Assembly (NCBI GenBank): GCA_965198235.1
Contig: OZ240248.1
Coordinates: forward strand, 2,976,001-3,040,000
Reading direction: 5' to 3'
Length of the DNA: 64,000 nt
Source: Candidatus Poribacteria bacterium
GTDB taxonomy: Bacteria; Poribacteria; WGA-4E; WGA-3G
In this document: piece after piece, positions 10,515 through 20,356 of the stretch
Layout of the letters: every line of letters begins with the position of its first letter
Numbering within the stretch: position 1 is the first letter of the stretch
Made by a program: the position numbers and the translations under genes
The notes under the pieces: generated by a model
What the model was told of the DNA's origin: nothing
Seen by the model: only the letters and a program-made list of their open reading frames with translations
Databases searched by the model: none

Positions 10515-10580
10515 CAAAGTTTTTCGGTCTGAAAACCCCCGATTTTAATAGGTGGGGGAAAACCGTCCTTTTTTTCTTCA
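10515..10580 (-). mobile_element. IS200/IS605-family right-end relic abutting the pheT start
   Basis: Reverse complement TTTTCCCCCACCTATTAAAATCGGGGGTTTTC...TTTG|ATGA; subterminal hairpin with TAAA loop of IS200/IS605 style. Confidence 0.5.
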
Positions 10581-10649
10581 TACAAAGTGTATAATAGTTT
10601 TATTACGTCAGCGAGCATACGAGTACGACAATTGTAAAACAGGCACGTT

Positions 10650-11309
10650 TCATTTGGACTTAACTTTCTGAAAGTCGAATTTTCTTAAAGAAAATATGCT
10701 CCACACTTCATCAAGATTATCACTAGCACTAGAGGATCCGCCGTATGATCCGACTCTATAGTTCTCACCGGTCTCAGCACGCAATTTCTGGGCTATCTCA
10801 AAAATATCTTCCACCTGACGCGGATTTTTCGGATCAGTAACACGGCACTTCAAAACATCGGGAGGCTTAGAGTAGAGTTCATCATACTTTAAGTATGGGT
10901 AATCCCTTAGGATAGTTTCAAGAATATTTTCAGAAATTTCGTCCAATTTCTCCACAGAACAGTCTTCGTTACGCGCTGTGTAATCATAATTAGGCAAAAA
11001 ATTTCTCATACTTGGGGCCTTCCGAACAATTTCAATAATCTTACCCGTTGCCTTCTGCAAGGTTTTTTCCAACTTCTCCCGCGGAATGTCCCCTAACTGG
11101 TCATCCCTGAGAGTCGCGATGAAGATCCCTTTGCTCAAATCCATGGGTAAACTTTCTTTCTGCTCAACATTATTGAGAGCATACCGAACCTGCCCGAAAA
11201 AGGTGGGACCATATCCACGCACATCAAGTATTTCTACTTGAAGGAACTGTATGAACCCATAGTCTTGTAATTCATTTAGTTCAATGACACGAACTTCAAA
11301 CATGCTCAT
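10650..11309 (-). CDS. Hypothetical protein, AT-rich
   Basis: 219-aa ORF with GAGGAGGAG RBS; no motif recognised. Confidence 0.7.
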   Translation of the reverse strand: MSMFEVRVIELNELQDYGFIQFLQVEILDVRGYGPTFFGQVRYALNNVEQKESLPMDLSKGIFIATLRDDQLGDIPREKLEKTLQKATGKIIEIVRKAPSMRNFLPNYDYTARNEDCSVEKLDEISENILETILRDYPYLKYDELYSKPPDVLKCRVTDPKNPRQVEDIFEIAQKLRAETGENYRVGSYGGSSSASDNLDEVWSIFSLRKFDFQKVKSK

Positions 11310-11345
11310 TATGACTCCTCCTCATTTAATTCGGTGAACTGCACT

Positions 11346-11732
11346 TCAAAACGATTTTTGACACAAGATGGAGATATATGGCGGCGAGTAGGCAACAACA
11401 CCGGCGGCGACGCAGGCATCTTCATAGTCCATAAAGAGATGTGTTTCTATATCAAAATCGCCTTCGTGCTCCTGATAGAGTTGGTTCGTTGTGTCTGAGG
11501 GCCAGAGATTCCGGTTCAGTTCACCTTTGATGTGAAGCCATCCGGCTTTCGTTTTGCCCATATCCCACTCTTTCGGTTCAACGCCTTCTTCATCGGAAGT
11601 CTTCCATTTCCAATTCGGATTCTTCAAGGCGTTTCCGTCAAACGGGTCCCCAAGGGAGTCCGCGGCTTGCCCAGAGATTATACCGTAAAGCATCGTAAAA
11701 CTGACACACAACAGAATAGCTACCGGTTTCAT
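11346..11732 (-). pseudogene. 3'-truncated paralog of the 11807-12580 secreted protein
   Basis: NRNLWPSDTT...FDIETHLFMDYEDACVAAGVVAYS aligns to DQNLWGDDTS...FDIETSMVVDYADACTVAGIVVYS, then diverges and stops. Confidence 0.7.
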
Positions 11733-11806
11733 ATTTTGTTTCCATAAAAGAACTGGCGGCATTGCAGCCGCCAGCGATTCGTAGAAGTTGCAAATAGCGT
11801 TCGCTA

Positions 11807-12580
11807 CTATTGTTGTCCTTTCAGTTCACCCCATGTGACAGCGAGTCGGCCACGCGGGTCAACCGGAGTTGCCGGACTTGATGCTTCTCGGAAGTAGTCA
11901 AAAGTGACAGTCATCTTACCGCCACCTTCGCCTTCGCAGATACCGACGTAGATGCCGACCTCAAGAGGTTCTTCGAGTTCGTTCGTCACTTTACTCACCG
12001 AGACCCAGTCGCCTTCCGCATTCGGCTTGAACCATGACTCGTATTCGTCGCCATCGCGTTTGACGCGCAGTTCAATCGGAATAACACCTTGATCTGGGTT
12101 GTAATCCGGTTGTGTGCCGACATACGGCGCAGCATCATTTTGACGACGCTGGTACTGAAGGACCGCGTTGTTGTTTTGCGCAGCACCACGCCCCCACAAC
12201 TTCAATGTCACCCATTGGCCATCTCGGTTCTGGTGATCCTTCGTCGTGGCAGAGTACACGACAATGCCAGCGACAGTGCAAGCATCCGCATAATCGACAA
12301 CCATCGACGTTTCGATGTCAAATTGGTCCTGATCTGTGACCTGATAGAAACGTGTAGAGGTGTCATCACCCCATAAATTCTGGTCGAAGCCTGCCTCGGC
12401 AACAAGCAGTCCGTCCTTCAACTCCCAAGGACTCTTATCGCCATCCTTGACCTGCCAAAAGGATTGGAGGTCTTCACCGGTCCCACTGAATTCATCGCTC
12501 ATCAACGTTTGTGCGAAAACGCCGGGGATGAGACATACAGATAGAGTCAGAATTGCAACTATGCAAGTAATCTTTTTCAT
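11807..12580 (-). CDS. Secreted concanavalin-like beta-sandwich protein (DUF1349-like) with TWG-type tail
   Basis: Signal peptide; LRVKRDGD, VGIYVG, FDYFR; ends PVDPRGRLAVTWGELK. Confidence 0.75.
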   Translation of the reverse strand: MKKITCIVAILTLSVCLIPGVFAQTLMSDEFSGTGEDLQSFWQVKDGDKSPWELKDGLLVAEAGFDQNLWGDDTSTRFYQVTDQDQFDIETSMVVDYADACTVAGIVVYSATTKDHQNRDGQWVTLKLWGRGAAQNNNAVLQYQRRQNDAAPYVGTQPDYNPDQGVIPIELRVKRDGDEYESWFKPNAEGDWVSVSKVTNELEEPLEVGIYVGICEGEGGGKMTVTFDYFREASSPATPVDPRGRLAVTWGELKGQQ

Positions 12581-12717
12581 TAACATACCCTTTCTATTTT
12601 TCGTACAGGACGACATTTTTTGGTATCCAAAGAGATTCTTTTACCCCTCAGATGACTTTGGGTTCGTCCGTACAGATGATTCGTCTGAAATATATTAACA
12701 CATTGATTGGAAAAAAA

Positions 12718-15700
12718 TCAACTTTTTTCACCCTCTCCAATTGAGGATCTTACAATTTCCTTTTCGGTCGGTGTTAACCTATATAAGTCATAGACCAGTT
12801 TATCAATTTGTTTTTCTTCTGTAGGCTGGTTAGCTTTCGGGTTTTCTTGTTTTGCTGCCATAATCTGTTCTACTAGTTCAATAATAGGTTGCTGTTCTTC
12901 TACTGTTGCGGTAGGAATCGGGATCTTGCCGACATAATACTCGTCAAAAGTCATAGTTCTGATAGCAGACGAAAAAATGAATTTATAAGCATACCAGTTT
13001 ATCAGTACTGAATTCAGAATAGCTGAGACAAAAATAGGGGAAAAGTTTTCGTCGGTAAGAACGGTATTTATCACCGTATCTACGCTTAGTATATCACCTG
13101 TTTGATCAACGGTTGCGGTAATTTTGATATGCGGCTTTGGGTTCTGAATATGTGCTATAATCTTTTGTGACATCATCTTTGGCTTTTGTAAAAATTCAAC
13201 TTTTTCATTAGAGGGATCCAAATTTTCGGAGTCTATAAAACCCTTGATACTATCAGTCCCGTAACGGACTATATTATCACCTCCAATTACCGGAATATCA
13301 CCTGACTCACTCAGCAGGCTCTGCCATGGCAAGCCTCGTTTTGTGTCAGAAATATCTCGCATAAACGTTCCAATTTGATTTAACTTTGAGGCGAGTTGAA
13401 TTTCCTCGCGTGAGACATCACATATCCACGCTTGAAACTGCTCTGGATAAGAATGGGAAATGTGTGTTTTCCTAATCCACATCTCATTGATAAATTTATG
13501 TGCCGTATAAAAATTTCCCGCATAACATGAGTCATGGACAAAAATCGCTTGCTCAAGATTGACTTTGGCATCTTTGAAAGCCTCTCCTACGTCGATTAAA
13601 ACCCGAGTTTTATCCAACAGGGCGAACATCAGACTATGCCAGTTTTCAACGAATAGTAATGACTTAGGAACAATAAAGGCAAGTATACCATCCGATTTCA
13701 TCAAACGGTTCTTCGCTATATCTATGAAAAATGCAGCACTTGTCCAGTTTTTCGTTTCTTTCACTATTGTTTTCAGATAATTTTTTTCATTTGGGTCGAG
13801 ATCTGCTCCATAGGGCGGATTACCAACAATCGCGTCAAAACCTGGATTTTCCAGTTTATTTCCTAATTCGTCGCGAAATATTTCAGGGAATTCAATCTCC
13901 CAGTGGAAATAGCGGTAGTGCTCTGCTAGTTCTTGTGCTTTTTGGTATCCTTGTAGATTGGTAGGGATATTTGTCTGATGTGACGACAGGGCATCCAGAA
14001 TAGCATGATAATCGCCGCGTTTAACTGTATTTCCAAAGTGAACACTCAACCAGAGATTCGCAGCTTCCTTGTGCCTGCTCAATGTTTGCTGTGCTTGCTC
14101 TAATTTTCGTTCCATTGTATGGATATCGTTAACAGTTTGACTCTCCATCTTTTCAATAACAAGGTAATGTCCAACCGCTTCCGAAACAGTAAGGGTAAAT
14201 CCGAAATCCATGTTGACCACAATTTGCGGTGTTTCGTTAGCACGGCGTTTCGTCGGTGTCGGTAGATAGGCAAGTTTAGCAATGTCCACTCCAATCAGAG
14301 AATTTCCACAACGGATGTGGTGATCAAGGAATGAAAGCGGTTCGCCTTTCGCTACTGTATGAAGCCAAAGGGATACTTTCGCCAATTCTACCGCCATTGG
14401 ATTACTATCCACGCCATAAATACAGTTTTCAACAACGCGTCTGCGCCAATAGGCAATTTCTGTGTCGTCATCACCAGTCACCATAGATGGTGGAGCATCC
14501 GGATGTGTGGCGAGTTCCAACGCGAGGTGGTCGATAACACCAACGAGAAAATGACCACTTCCCATCGCCGGATCTAGGACTTTGATTCGGAGGATCTCTT
14601 CAAACGTTTTGCGTTTACAGAGCGGATCAAGTGCGTTTTCAACCATTGAACGCACAATTGCATCAGAGGTGTAATAACTTCCACTCGTTTTGCGCTTGTC
14701 TTTTTTTCTTATTAACTGAACTTTTCCAAATACACCTTCCACGGACGGTTCATATTCGAGCAGTCCTTCGTAGATATTGCCCAAATGCTGAATTGCCAAA
14801 TCTTGGTAGGTGATGCGTTCTCGCTCGGTTGTTCTGGTTAGTATATTAATGACGTTGGCAAGAACATCATTGCCGATTTTGCTATCTTCCAGAAAAGCGT
14901 GGCGATCTGGGTTGAACAGACCTCCATTATATTGAGGGATGTGTTCTGCCCATCCTTTATTGATAAGGGTAAACAGGGTCTGGAGACGACTCCAATAATC
15001 CGTTCGTAGATCTGCAACTGCGGAACTGTTGTCTAATTTGCTATGTATTTCAGTCGCAAGTGCTTCCAAGCTGTATTCGGTTTGATATTCAGGATTTTCA
15101 AGTGGTAGCAGCCCACGGCTTTCAGCGTACAGGACAAACAGCAAGCGGTAAAGCAAGATTAAACAATTTTCATGGATCGTTTTTGTATCGGAAGTACTTA
15201 AGTTGTTATCGGGGTAGGCTAAAAAACCGTTAATAGATTCCTCTAACGCCAAATGGATTTTGTCCTCAAGATCATCTGAAACAGAGACGGTATAATGAAC
15301 ACTACCTGTCAACACATCATCCAGAAAAGAGCAATTGGAAGCATCGGGTACGAATGCATCGCTCCGGAAGAAATAGTAAAAATAGCGAAACGCGTCTATA
15401 TCTTCATTAACCAGTATGTTTTCAAGGTTAACCTCGTAAAAACTATCTAATCTATAACTTGTGTCGCGATGATAAAGGCGCCACAATCTTCCGCTCGTGA
15501 GAACTCCCCATGTGAGTCCTGAGGTGCGAATATAGAAATCAATCTGGTAGTTTGGGTTGGTATTAGAAAAGGGGTCTTCCGGCCCCTCTAATTTCTTGTC
15601 AAGGTTTGTGGTCCACCCTTTAGCATCGCCCACAGCAATTGCTGTGTGGAAGAAGATGTTGGTATTAATCTGCGGATGTGCTTGCTCTAATGATTCTCGA

Positions 15701-15978
15701 TCAGCGAAAAAAGCGTAATCTGGCTGCTTTGTGCCTTGTGATGTGCGTAGGACCGGTTGCACTCCAAAAGTGTGTCCAAGAATTTTCAGGACAGGACGGA
15801 TAAATTGTTCTTCTGTCTGTGGTTCATTTAGGCTCTCTGCGAATCCGGCGACGGAAGTGTAGCACCCTTTTATCTGTTCATAAGTTGATTCTAATGTGTT
15901 GGATGTCTGCTCTGTTATTACTTTTTTGAGATGATAATTAGAAAAAAGTGCCTGATTATTGCAAGTAGATTCTGCCAT
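12718..15978 (-). CDS. Type IIG restriction-modification enzyme (fused REase-MTase-TRD, Eco57I-like)
   Basis: QPDY...GDAK PD-(D/E)xK site, YNGGLF, GSYYT, DPAMGSGHFL, GNPPY, C-terminal IDKLVYDLY. Confidence 0.9.
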   Translation of the reverse strand: MAESTCNNQALFSNYHLKKVITEQTSNTLESTYEQIKGCYTSVAGFAESLNEPQTEEQFIRPVLKILGHTFGVQPVLRTSQGTKQPDYAFFADRESLEQAHPQINTNIFFHTAIAVGDAKGWTTNLDKKLEGPEDPFSNTNPNYQIDFYIRTSGLTWGVLTSGRLWRLYHRDTSYRLDSFYEVNLENILVNEDIDAFRYFYYFFRSDAFVPDASNCSFLDDVLTGSVHYTVSVSDDLEDKIHLALEESINGFLAYPDNNLSTSDTKTIHENCLILLYRLLFVLYAESRGLLPLENPEYQTEYSLEALATEIHSKLDNSSAVADLRTDYWSRLQTLFTLINKGWAEHIPQYNGGLFNPDRHAFLEDSKIGNDVLANVINILTRTTERERITYQDLAIQHLGNIYEGLLEYEPSVEGVFGKVQLIRKKDKRKTSGSYYTSDAIVRSMVENALDPLCKRKTFEEILRIKVLDPAMGSGHFLVGVIDHLALELATHPDAPPSMVTGDDDTEIAYWRRRVVENCIYGVDSNPMAVELAKVSLWLHTVAKGEPLSFLDHHIRCGNSLIGVDIAKLAYLPTPTKRRANETPQIVVNMDFGFTLTVSEAVGHYLVIEKMESQTVNDIHTMERKLEQAQQTLSRHKEAANLWLSVHFGNTVKRGDYHAILDALSSHQTNIPTNLQGYQKAQELAEHYRYFHWEIEFPEIFRDELGNKLENPGFDAIVGNPPYGADLDPNEKNYLKTIVKETKNWTSAAFFIDIAKNRLMKSDGILAFIVPKSLLFVENWHSLMFALLDKTRVLIDVGEAFKDAKVNLEQAIFVHDSCYAGNFYTAHKFINEMWIRKTHISHSYPEQFQAWICDVSREEIQLASKLNQIGTFMRDISDTKRGLPWQSLLSESGDIPVIGGDNIVRYGTDSIKGFIDSENLDPSNEKVEFLQKPKMMSQKIIAHIQNPKPHIKITATVDQTGDILSVDTVINTVLTDENFSPIFVSAILNSVLINWYAYKFIFSSAIRTMTFDEYYVGKIPIPTATVEEQQPIIELVEQIMAAKQENPKANQPTEEKQIDKLVYDLYRLTPTEKEIVRSSIGEGEKS

Positions 15979-16230
15979 TTTCGTTGTACCTCCATGTTAA
16001 ATTTATCATATTAGCGCGTAATTTGCAAATCCATATTACAGTAGAGCTAGTCTTATTTCGTCTTCGGCGTTTCGGTCCCTTCTGTTTTCTCTTTACTACA
16101 CCCCCGATTTTTTTGGCTTTCTTTAAAAAAAAGCAGATCTCCTTGCAATTCGTGCTAAGACTATGTTAAAATGCAGAATTAGTGCAAAATGCACTCTGAA
16201 TTACAAGTTACGTCCTTTAGGAGGTTGTTT

Positions 16231-16995
16231 ATGAAGGTAGGTATACGAGACGGGATGTTGCCCGTTTCTTTTGAAGAATCGTTTCAGAAGGCGAAAGAGA
16301 TCGGGTTTGATGGTGTCGAGATTTGTATGGGAGTCGACTACCGTGAACATCTGCTTTGGCAGGATGACGGGATTGATAAGGTGAACGGTTTGGCAGAAGC
16401 CGCTGGGGTTGAGGTGTCTTCGCTGTCACCGGGGGGATTCACTGCGTATTCATTTATGCATCCGATCGATAGCACGCGGAGCGAGGGGATTGCAAAATTG
16501 CAATATTTGGCGGAGACGTGTCCACAACTCGGCGCGCAGGGGATTCTGGTGCCGTTTTTCGGGAATGGTCAGATCGAGGATGAGCACATCAGCGCATCAC
16601 GGTTTCTTGATGGGCTGAAAGCAGCGGCTGAAACCGCTGAGAAACACGACGTTTTCCTTGCTATTGAATCGACTTTAAGTGCGGAGCAACATCAACAGAT
16701 CATTGATAACGTCGGTTCGTCAGCCGTTGGGGTTTATTACGATATGGGGAACGCCACAGGATTCGGCTATGATTCACCGTCTGAAATTCGGAGTTTGGGC
16801 GGGGCAATCTCGCAGATGCACATCAAGGACACCGACGGCAATCACGCTGGTGAGGGCGATGTTGACTTTCCTGCTGTCTTTGATGCTGTACATGCCGTTG
16901 GATACGACAGTTGGTTTGTACTGGAAACACCCGGTAAAGATGATCCGGTTGCGTCCGCAGCAAAGAATCTCGATTTTGTAAGAAATAGTTTTTGA
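16231..16995 (+). CDS. Sugar phosphate isomerase/epimerase (TIM barrel)
   Basis: AGGAGG RBS; GFDGVE, LAIE, YYDMGN, MHIKD, VLET. Confidence 0.87.
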   Translation: MKVGIRDGMLPVSFEESFQKAKEIGFDGVEICMGVDYREHLLWQDDGIDKVNGLAEAAGVEVSSLSPGGFTAYSFMHPIDSTRSEGIAKLQYLAETCPQLGAQGILVPFFGNGQIEDEHISASRFLDGLKAAAETAEKHDVFLAIESTLSAEQHQQIIDNVGSSAVGVYYDMGNATGFGYDSPSEIRSLGGAISQMHIKDTDGNHAGEGDVDFPAVFDAVHAVGYDSWFVLETPGKDDPVASAAKNLDFVRNSF

Positions 16996-17057
16996 GGCAG
17001 TGATAGAGGTGACATCCGTTATCAGAAATTTATGCACTTCAATATTGGAACCCGTCT

Positions 17058-17215
17058 CAAGGTTGGAAAACCAAAGATATACGCGATAGATTAGGGCTAA
17101 AGAAGTCATCTAACAAACTTGCCGAGACTTTTGATGCTCATTGTGTTTAATTTCAATTATAGGAGCGGGCATTCCTTCCACACCTAAAGGATTGAGTTTC
17201 TTGCCCGAAGATTAG
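17058..17215 (+). mobile_element. Internally deleted IS200/IS605 OMEGA-type (isrB/iscB) relic with right end
   Basis: 17061-17150 translates GWKTKDIRDRLGLKKSSNKLAETFDAHCV*, resembling the IsrB/IscB RuvC-III region; followed by TTCCTTCCACACCTAAAGGATTGAGTTTC end hairpin and ATGA. Confidence 0.65.
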
Positions 17216-18022
17216 ATGAACAGCCCAAAAACGATAGCCCCACGCTCCGAAGGTAGGAAGTTACTCTCCCTACCGACGCGACAAGCGGAGCAACTCTTTC
17301 AAAGTTACGAGAAGCAACAGCAATTGGATATTCTGAGCGCAATTCGTAACCCGAAGTCTCGAGAGAAACTCTATTACCTTGTATCCGATTGCACCGAGCT
17401 CATCCAGGAAAGTCCTACCGAAGATGTACTCCAAGTCTTGGACACGATGCTCGGCACAGGACTTGCTTCAGTCCTATTGCCGTGTCTCTCAAATGAGCAA
17501 TTTGAGGAACTGCTGGACATTGCTGTCTGGCGCGATGGCAAACTCGATGAAGAGTCATTGGACCTCTGGCTTTTTGAACTTTCTGAATGTGAACGGGACG
17601 ATCTTGGACGGTTTCTCAGGGAACTCGACCTCCGTTTGTTGGCAGCACTTCTCCACGGTCGTGTCACACTTCAGGATGACCATAGTGGGATGCTTCTTGA
17701 AGCTGGGTATTTTGATCCAACTTCACCGGCAATTGATTATGCAGACGAACGCGCTCGGGCGATTTGTAATGCTATTTGGGAAGCAGATGATGAGGTTTTT
17801 AGAACGTTCATCAAGGAACTCTTCGCAATTGATACCGAAGCAGATGTTGAGGCTGAACTCGCCGCTGTTTTCGATGCTGTACAGGCTGATAGAGCTGAAC
17901 GCGTCGCAGCACGTGATAAAGAAGCCGGTATTGATGTCACTGAAGCTGACCTCATAGAGAAGGTTGACTTAGAGTTGCTTACACTTGATGACGATGAGGA
18001 CGACTATGACAAAGGCGAATAG
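17216..18022 (+). CDS. DUF6178-like protein, N-terminal half
   Basis: LSNEQFEELLDIAVWRDGKLD...WL...FLRELDLRLLAALL pattern; acidic tail. Confidence 0.6.
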   Translation: MNSPKTIAPRSEGRKLLSLPTRQAEQLFQSYEKQQQLDILSAIRNPKSREKLYYLVSDCTELIQESPTEDVLQVLDTMLGTGLASVLLPCLSNEQFEELLDIAVWRDGKLDEESLDLWLFELSECERDDLGRFLRELDLRLLAALLHGRVTLQDDHSGMLLEAGYFDPTSPAIDYADERARAICNAIWEADDEVFRTFIKELFAIDTEADVEAELAAVFDAVQADRAERVAARDKEAGIDVTEADLIEKVDLELLTLDDDEDDYDKGE

Positions 18023-18968
18023 GTTTTCTCTCGTCGCTGGGGCGCAGCTTGACGGGCGACTCTTCCTCGCACAAGCCTTAGCCCATGGAGACACCTTCGG
18101 TGGAATTCCCCGTGAACAGGCGGATACGCTCTATCAGAGTATAGCCGCTATTGCACACAAGCTCATTACAATGAAGACGGCAGACCTCTCCGATCAATCC
18201 GGGCTACGGACGCAGATTCAGACTGCTTTCACGCTCACCAGTCTTGGGTTAGAGTATGGTAGCAAGGGCGATTTTGACAAAGCGGTTCGACTACTCTGTA
18301 AAAACCGAGTCGTCAAATTTTTCCAAATCGGGAACACGCTGACAGAAAAATTGTTAGACAGAGCGCGCCATCTTTTAGAACACGGTGTGATTCTACCTCC
18401 TGATACGGATGAGGAACGTGTACTCGGTGCTACCTATACTGACCTTGAAACAGAGGGGATCCAGATTTATACGCAAGCGGAACTTGAATTCTTAAAGGCG
18501 TTGCTGACTTACAGAACCACTATTCGGTCACTTCAAATAACTATCAGAGATGCGGATGTCCCAAGAGCTCTTATCCATTTGGCTGAGGTCAATATGATTG
18601 ATCAGCAGTTGGCATGCATCGAGAATCGCTGCCACTACGTAAAAGCCTTGCCACTGGATAATCTGTTCGCACTGGATCCACCACTCAGTATTTTCCCCAA
18701 CCCTATTGAACACCTCACACTCGGATTGATAGTCAATCTTGTACTCTATCGCCATGTTGATTTTCAATTAGATGCCGACACACGGCAGGATTTCTACAAG
18801 CTGGCTTATGTGGACGGTGAGATTCGGCAATCACTCCGGCAACAGTTACTTGATTGGATAGCGCAGTATCTCGAACAAGCGCACCAACCTGAACCTGTGA
18901 AGGCGTATGCTGTCTCTTATTGGGATGATTGTCTCCGAATGGAAGGAAAGAAAATTTCGGCTGAATAG
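18006..18968 (+). CDS. DUF6178-like protein, C-terminal half
   Basis: SLGLEYGSKGDFDKAVRLL...FFQIG pattern; overlaps the upstream gene. Confidence 0.55.
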   Translation: MTKANRFSLVAGAQLDGRLFLAQALAHGDTFGGIPREQADTLYQSIAAIAHKLITMKTADLSDQSGLRTQIQTAFTLTSLGLEYGSKGDFDKAVRLLCKNRVVKFFQIGNTLTEKLLDRARHLLEHGVILPPDTDEERVLGATYTDLETEGIQIYTQAELEFLKALLTYRTTIRSLQITIRDADVPRALIHLAEVNMIDQQLACIENRCHYVKALPLDNLFALDPPLSIFPNPIEHLTLGLIVNLVLYRHVDFQLDADTRQDFYKLAYVDGEIRQSLRQQLLDWIAQYLEQAHQPEPVKAYAVSYWDDCLRMEGKKISAE

Positions 18969-18970
18969 TC

Positions 18971-19642
18971 TCAGCGATCTGCCAATCCCTTCTTTGCGTC
19001 CGCAATTGCCTTGCGGGCTTGTGCGGTGCCGATGTCATTCAAGGCGCGTTCTGCCATACGGCGAAGGTCAGCGTTCGGCGAATTCAGTGCCACAATGAGC
19101 GGTTCAACCGCAGGAGTACCTATTGTAGCCAGGGCGCGCACAACAAGACGACGGACGTTCCATTCCGGATCTGTAAGGGTGTTGATGAGCGCAGGCAAAA
19201 TTGTGTCAAGCGGTGTGCCGATTTCACCTAACGCATAAGCGGCATTCAACCGAATCTCCGCTGCGTCTGCTGTTAAAGCATCGATGAGATACGGCACGGC
19301 AGGTTCACCTACATTTTGTAGGGCAACGGAGCCGACAACGCGGATGTTTTCGTCGGGATCTGTGAGCACAGAGATGAGTGCAGGTACAATGCGGACAGCG
19401 GGAGTTTTGATTTCGCTGAGTATCCACGCCGACATCTCACGAATTTGTGGATTTTCATCGGACAATCCGTGGATTAAGGCATCGACCGCCTCAGGTCCCA
19501 TTTTGACTAAAGCTTCGGCGGCTTCGGTGCGACGCACAGCCGCTCTGTCACCAAGTTGGCTGACAAGCGTTTTTATCTGTTGTTCCTGTGACTGACATGC
19601 TATCAGACACAGGAAAATGGAAAGTAAAAAGAAGCGTTTCAT
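18971..19642 (-). CDS. HEAT-repeat lipoprotein
   Basis: Lipobox LIAC; repeated VRxxAAxALGxIG/AVxxLIxAL units. Confidence 0.88.
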   Translation of the reverse strand: MKRFFLLSIFLCLIACQSQEQQIKTLVSQLGDRAAVRRTEAAEALVKMGPEAVDALIHGLSDENPQIREMSAWILSEIKTPAVRIVPALISVLTDPDENIRVVGSVALQNVGEPAVPYLIDALTADAAEIRLNAAYALGEIGTPLDTILPALINTLTDPEWNVRRLVVRALATIGTPAVEPLIVALNSPNADLRRMAERALNDIGTAQARKAIADAKKGLADR

Positions 19643-19816
19643 AGGTTGATGAGTATAGCATGGTTTTCGACTTTTTGCAAGTTCTGTCTGATTTTGTTTT
19701 AGCTATGTAGACGAGGGTTGAAACCTCGCCAGCGAATTCAAGTTACGTTATTACAAGTTACGTTATTAAAGGAGAGTCACGGGGTTCGCCACAGTGCGAA
19801 AACCGTCAATAAAAAG

Positions 19817-20356
19817 ATGAAATTAGAGACAGCGACGTTTGGAGCAGGCTGTTTTTGGTGTGTTGAGGCAGTCTTTCTGCAGGTGGAAGGCGTTCACAAA
19901 GTCGTCTCAGGGTACACCGGCGGCACCACCGTTAATCCGACGTATCAAGCGGTGTGTATGGGAATGACGGGCCACGCCGAAGTGGTTCAGATTCAGTTCG
20001 ATCCGGAGGTTATTTCTTACGAAGAGTTATTAGAACTTTTTTGGCACACACATGATGCAACAACCTTAAATCGGCAGGGTGCTGATGTCGGGACCCAATA
20101 CCGTTCAGCAATTTTCTATCACACGGAGGCGCAACAACGTCTCGCAGAAAAATCTAAAGCCGAGATGGACGCATCCGATATGTGGGACGCTCCGATTGTG
20201 ACAGAGATCATCCCGGTTGATGTCTTTTATCCTGCCGAAGATTACCACCAAAACTATTTTCAATTGAATCCAAATCAGCCATACTGCCAGTTTGTGATTC
20301 ACCCAAAGATGCGAAAGTTCACGAAGGATTTTAAGGATAAACTTAGAAATGATTAA
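19817..20356 (+). CDS. msrA: Peptide-methionine (S)-S-oxide reductase
   Basis: GCFWC, GHAEVV, RQGADVGTQYRS, AEDYHQNY. Confidence 0.95.
   Translation: MKLETATFGAGCFWCVEAVFLQVEGVHKVVSGYTGGTTVNPTYQAVCMGMTGHAEVVQIQFDPEVISYEELLELFWHTHDATTLNRQGADVGTQYRSAIFYHTEAQQRLAEKSKAEMDASDMWDAPIVTEIIPVDVFYPAEDYHQNYFQLNPNQPYCQFVIHPKMRKFTKDFKDKLRND

Noticed and set aside
19739-19768. 15-bp direct repeat CAAGTTACGTTATTA x2 upstream of msrA as an operator
   Set aside because: Equally explained by a local slippage duplication, with no supporting evidence for a regulator
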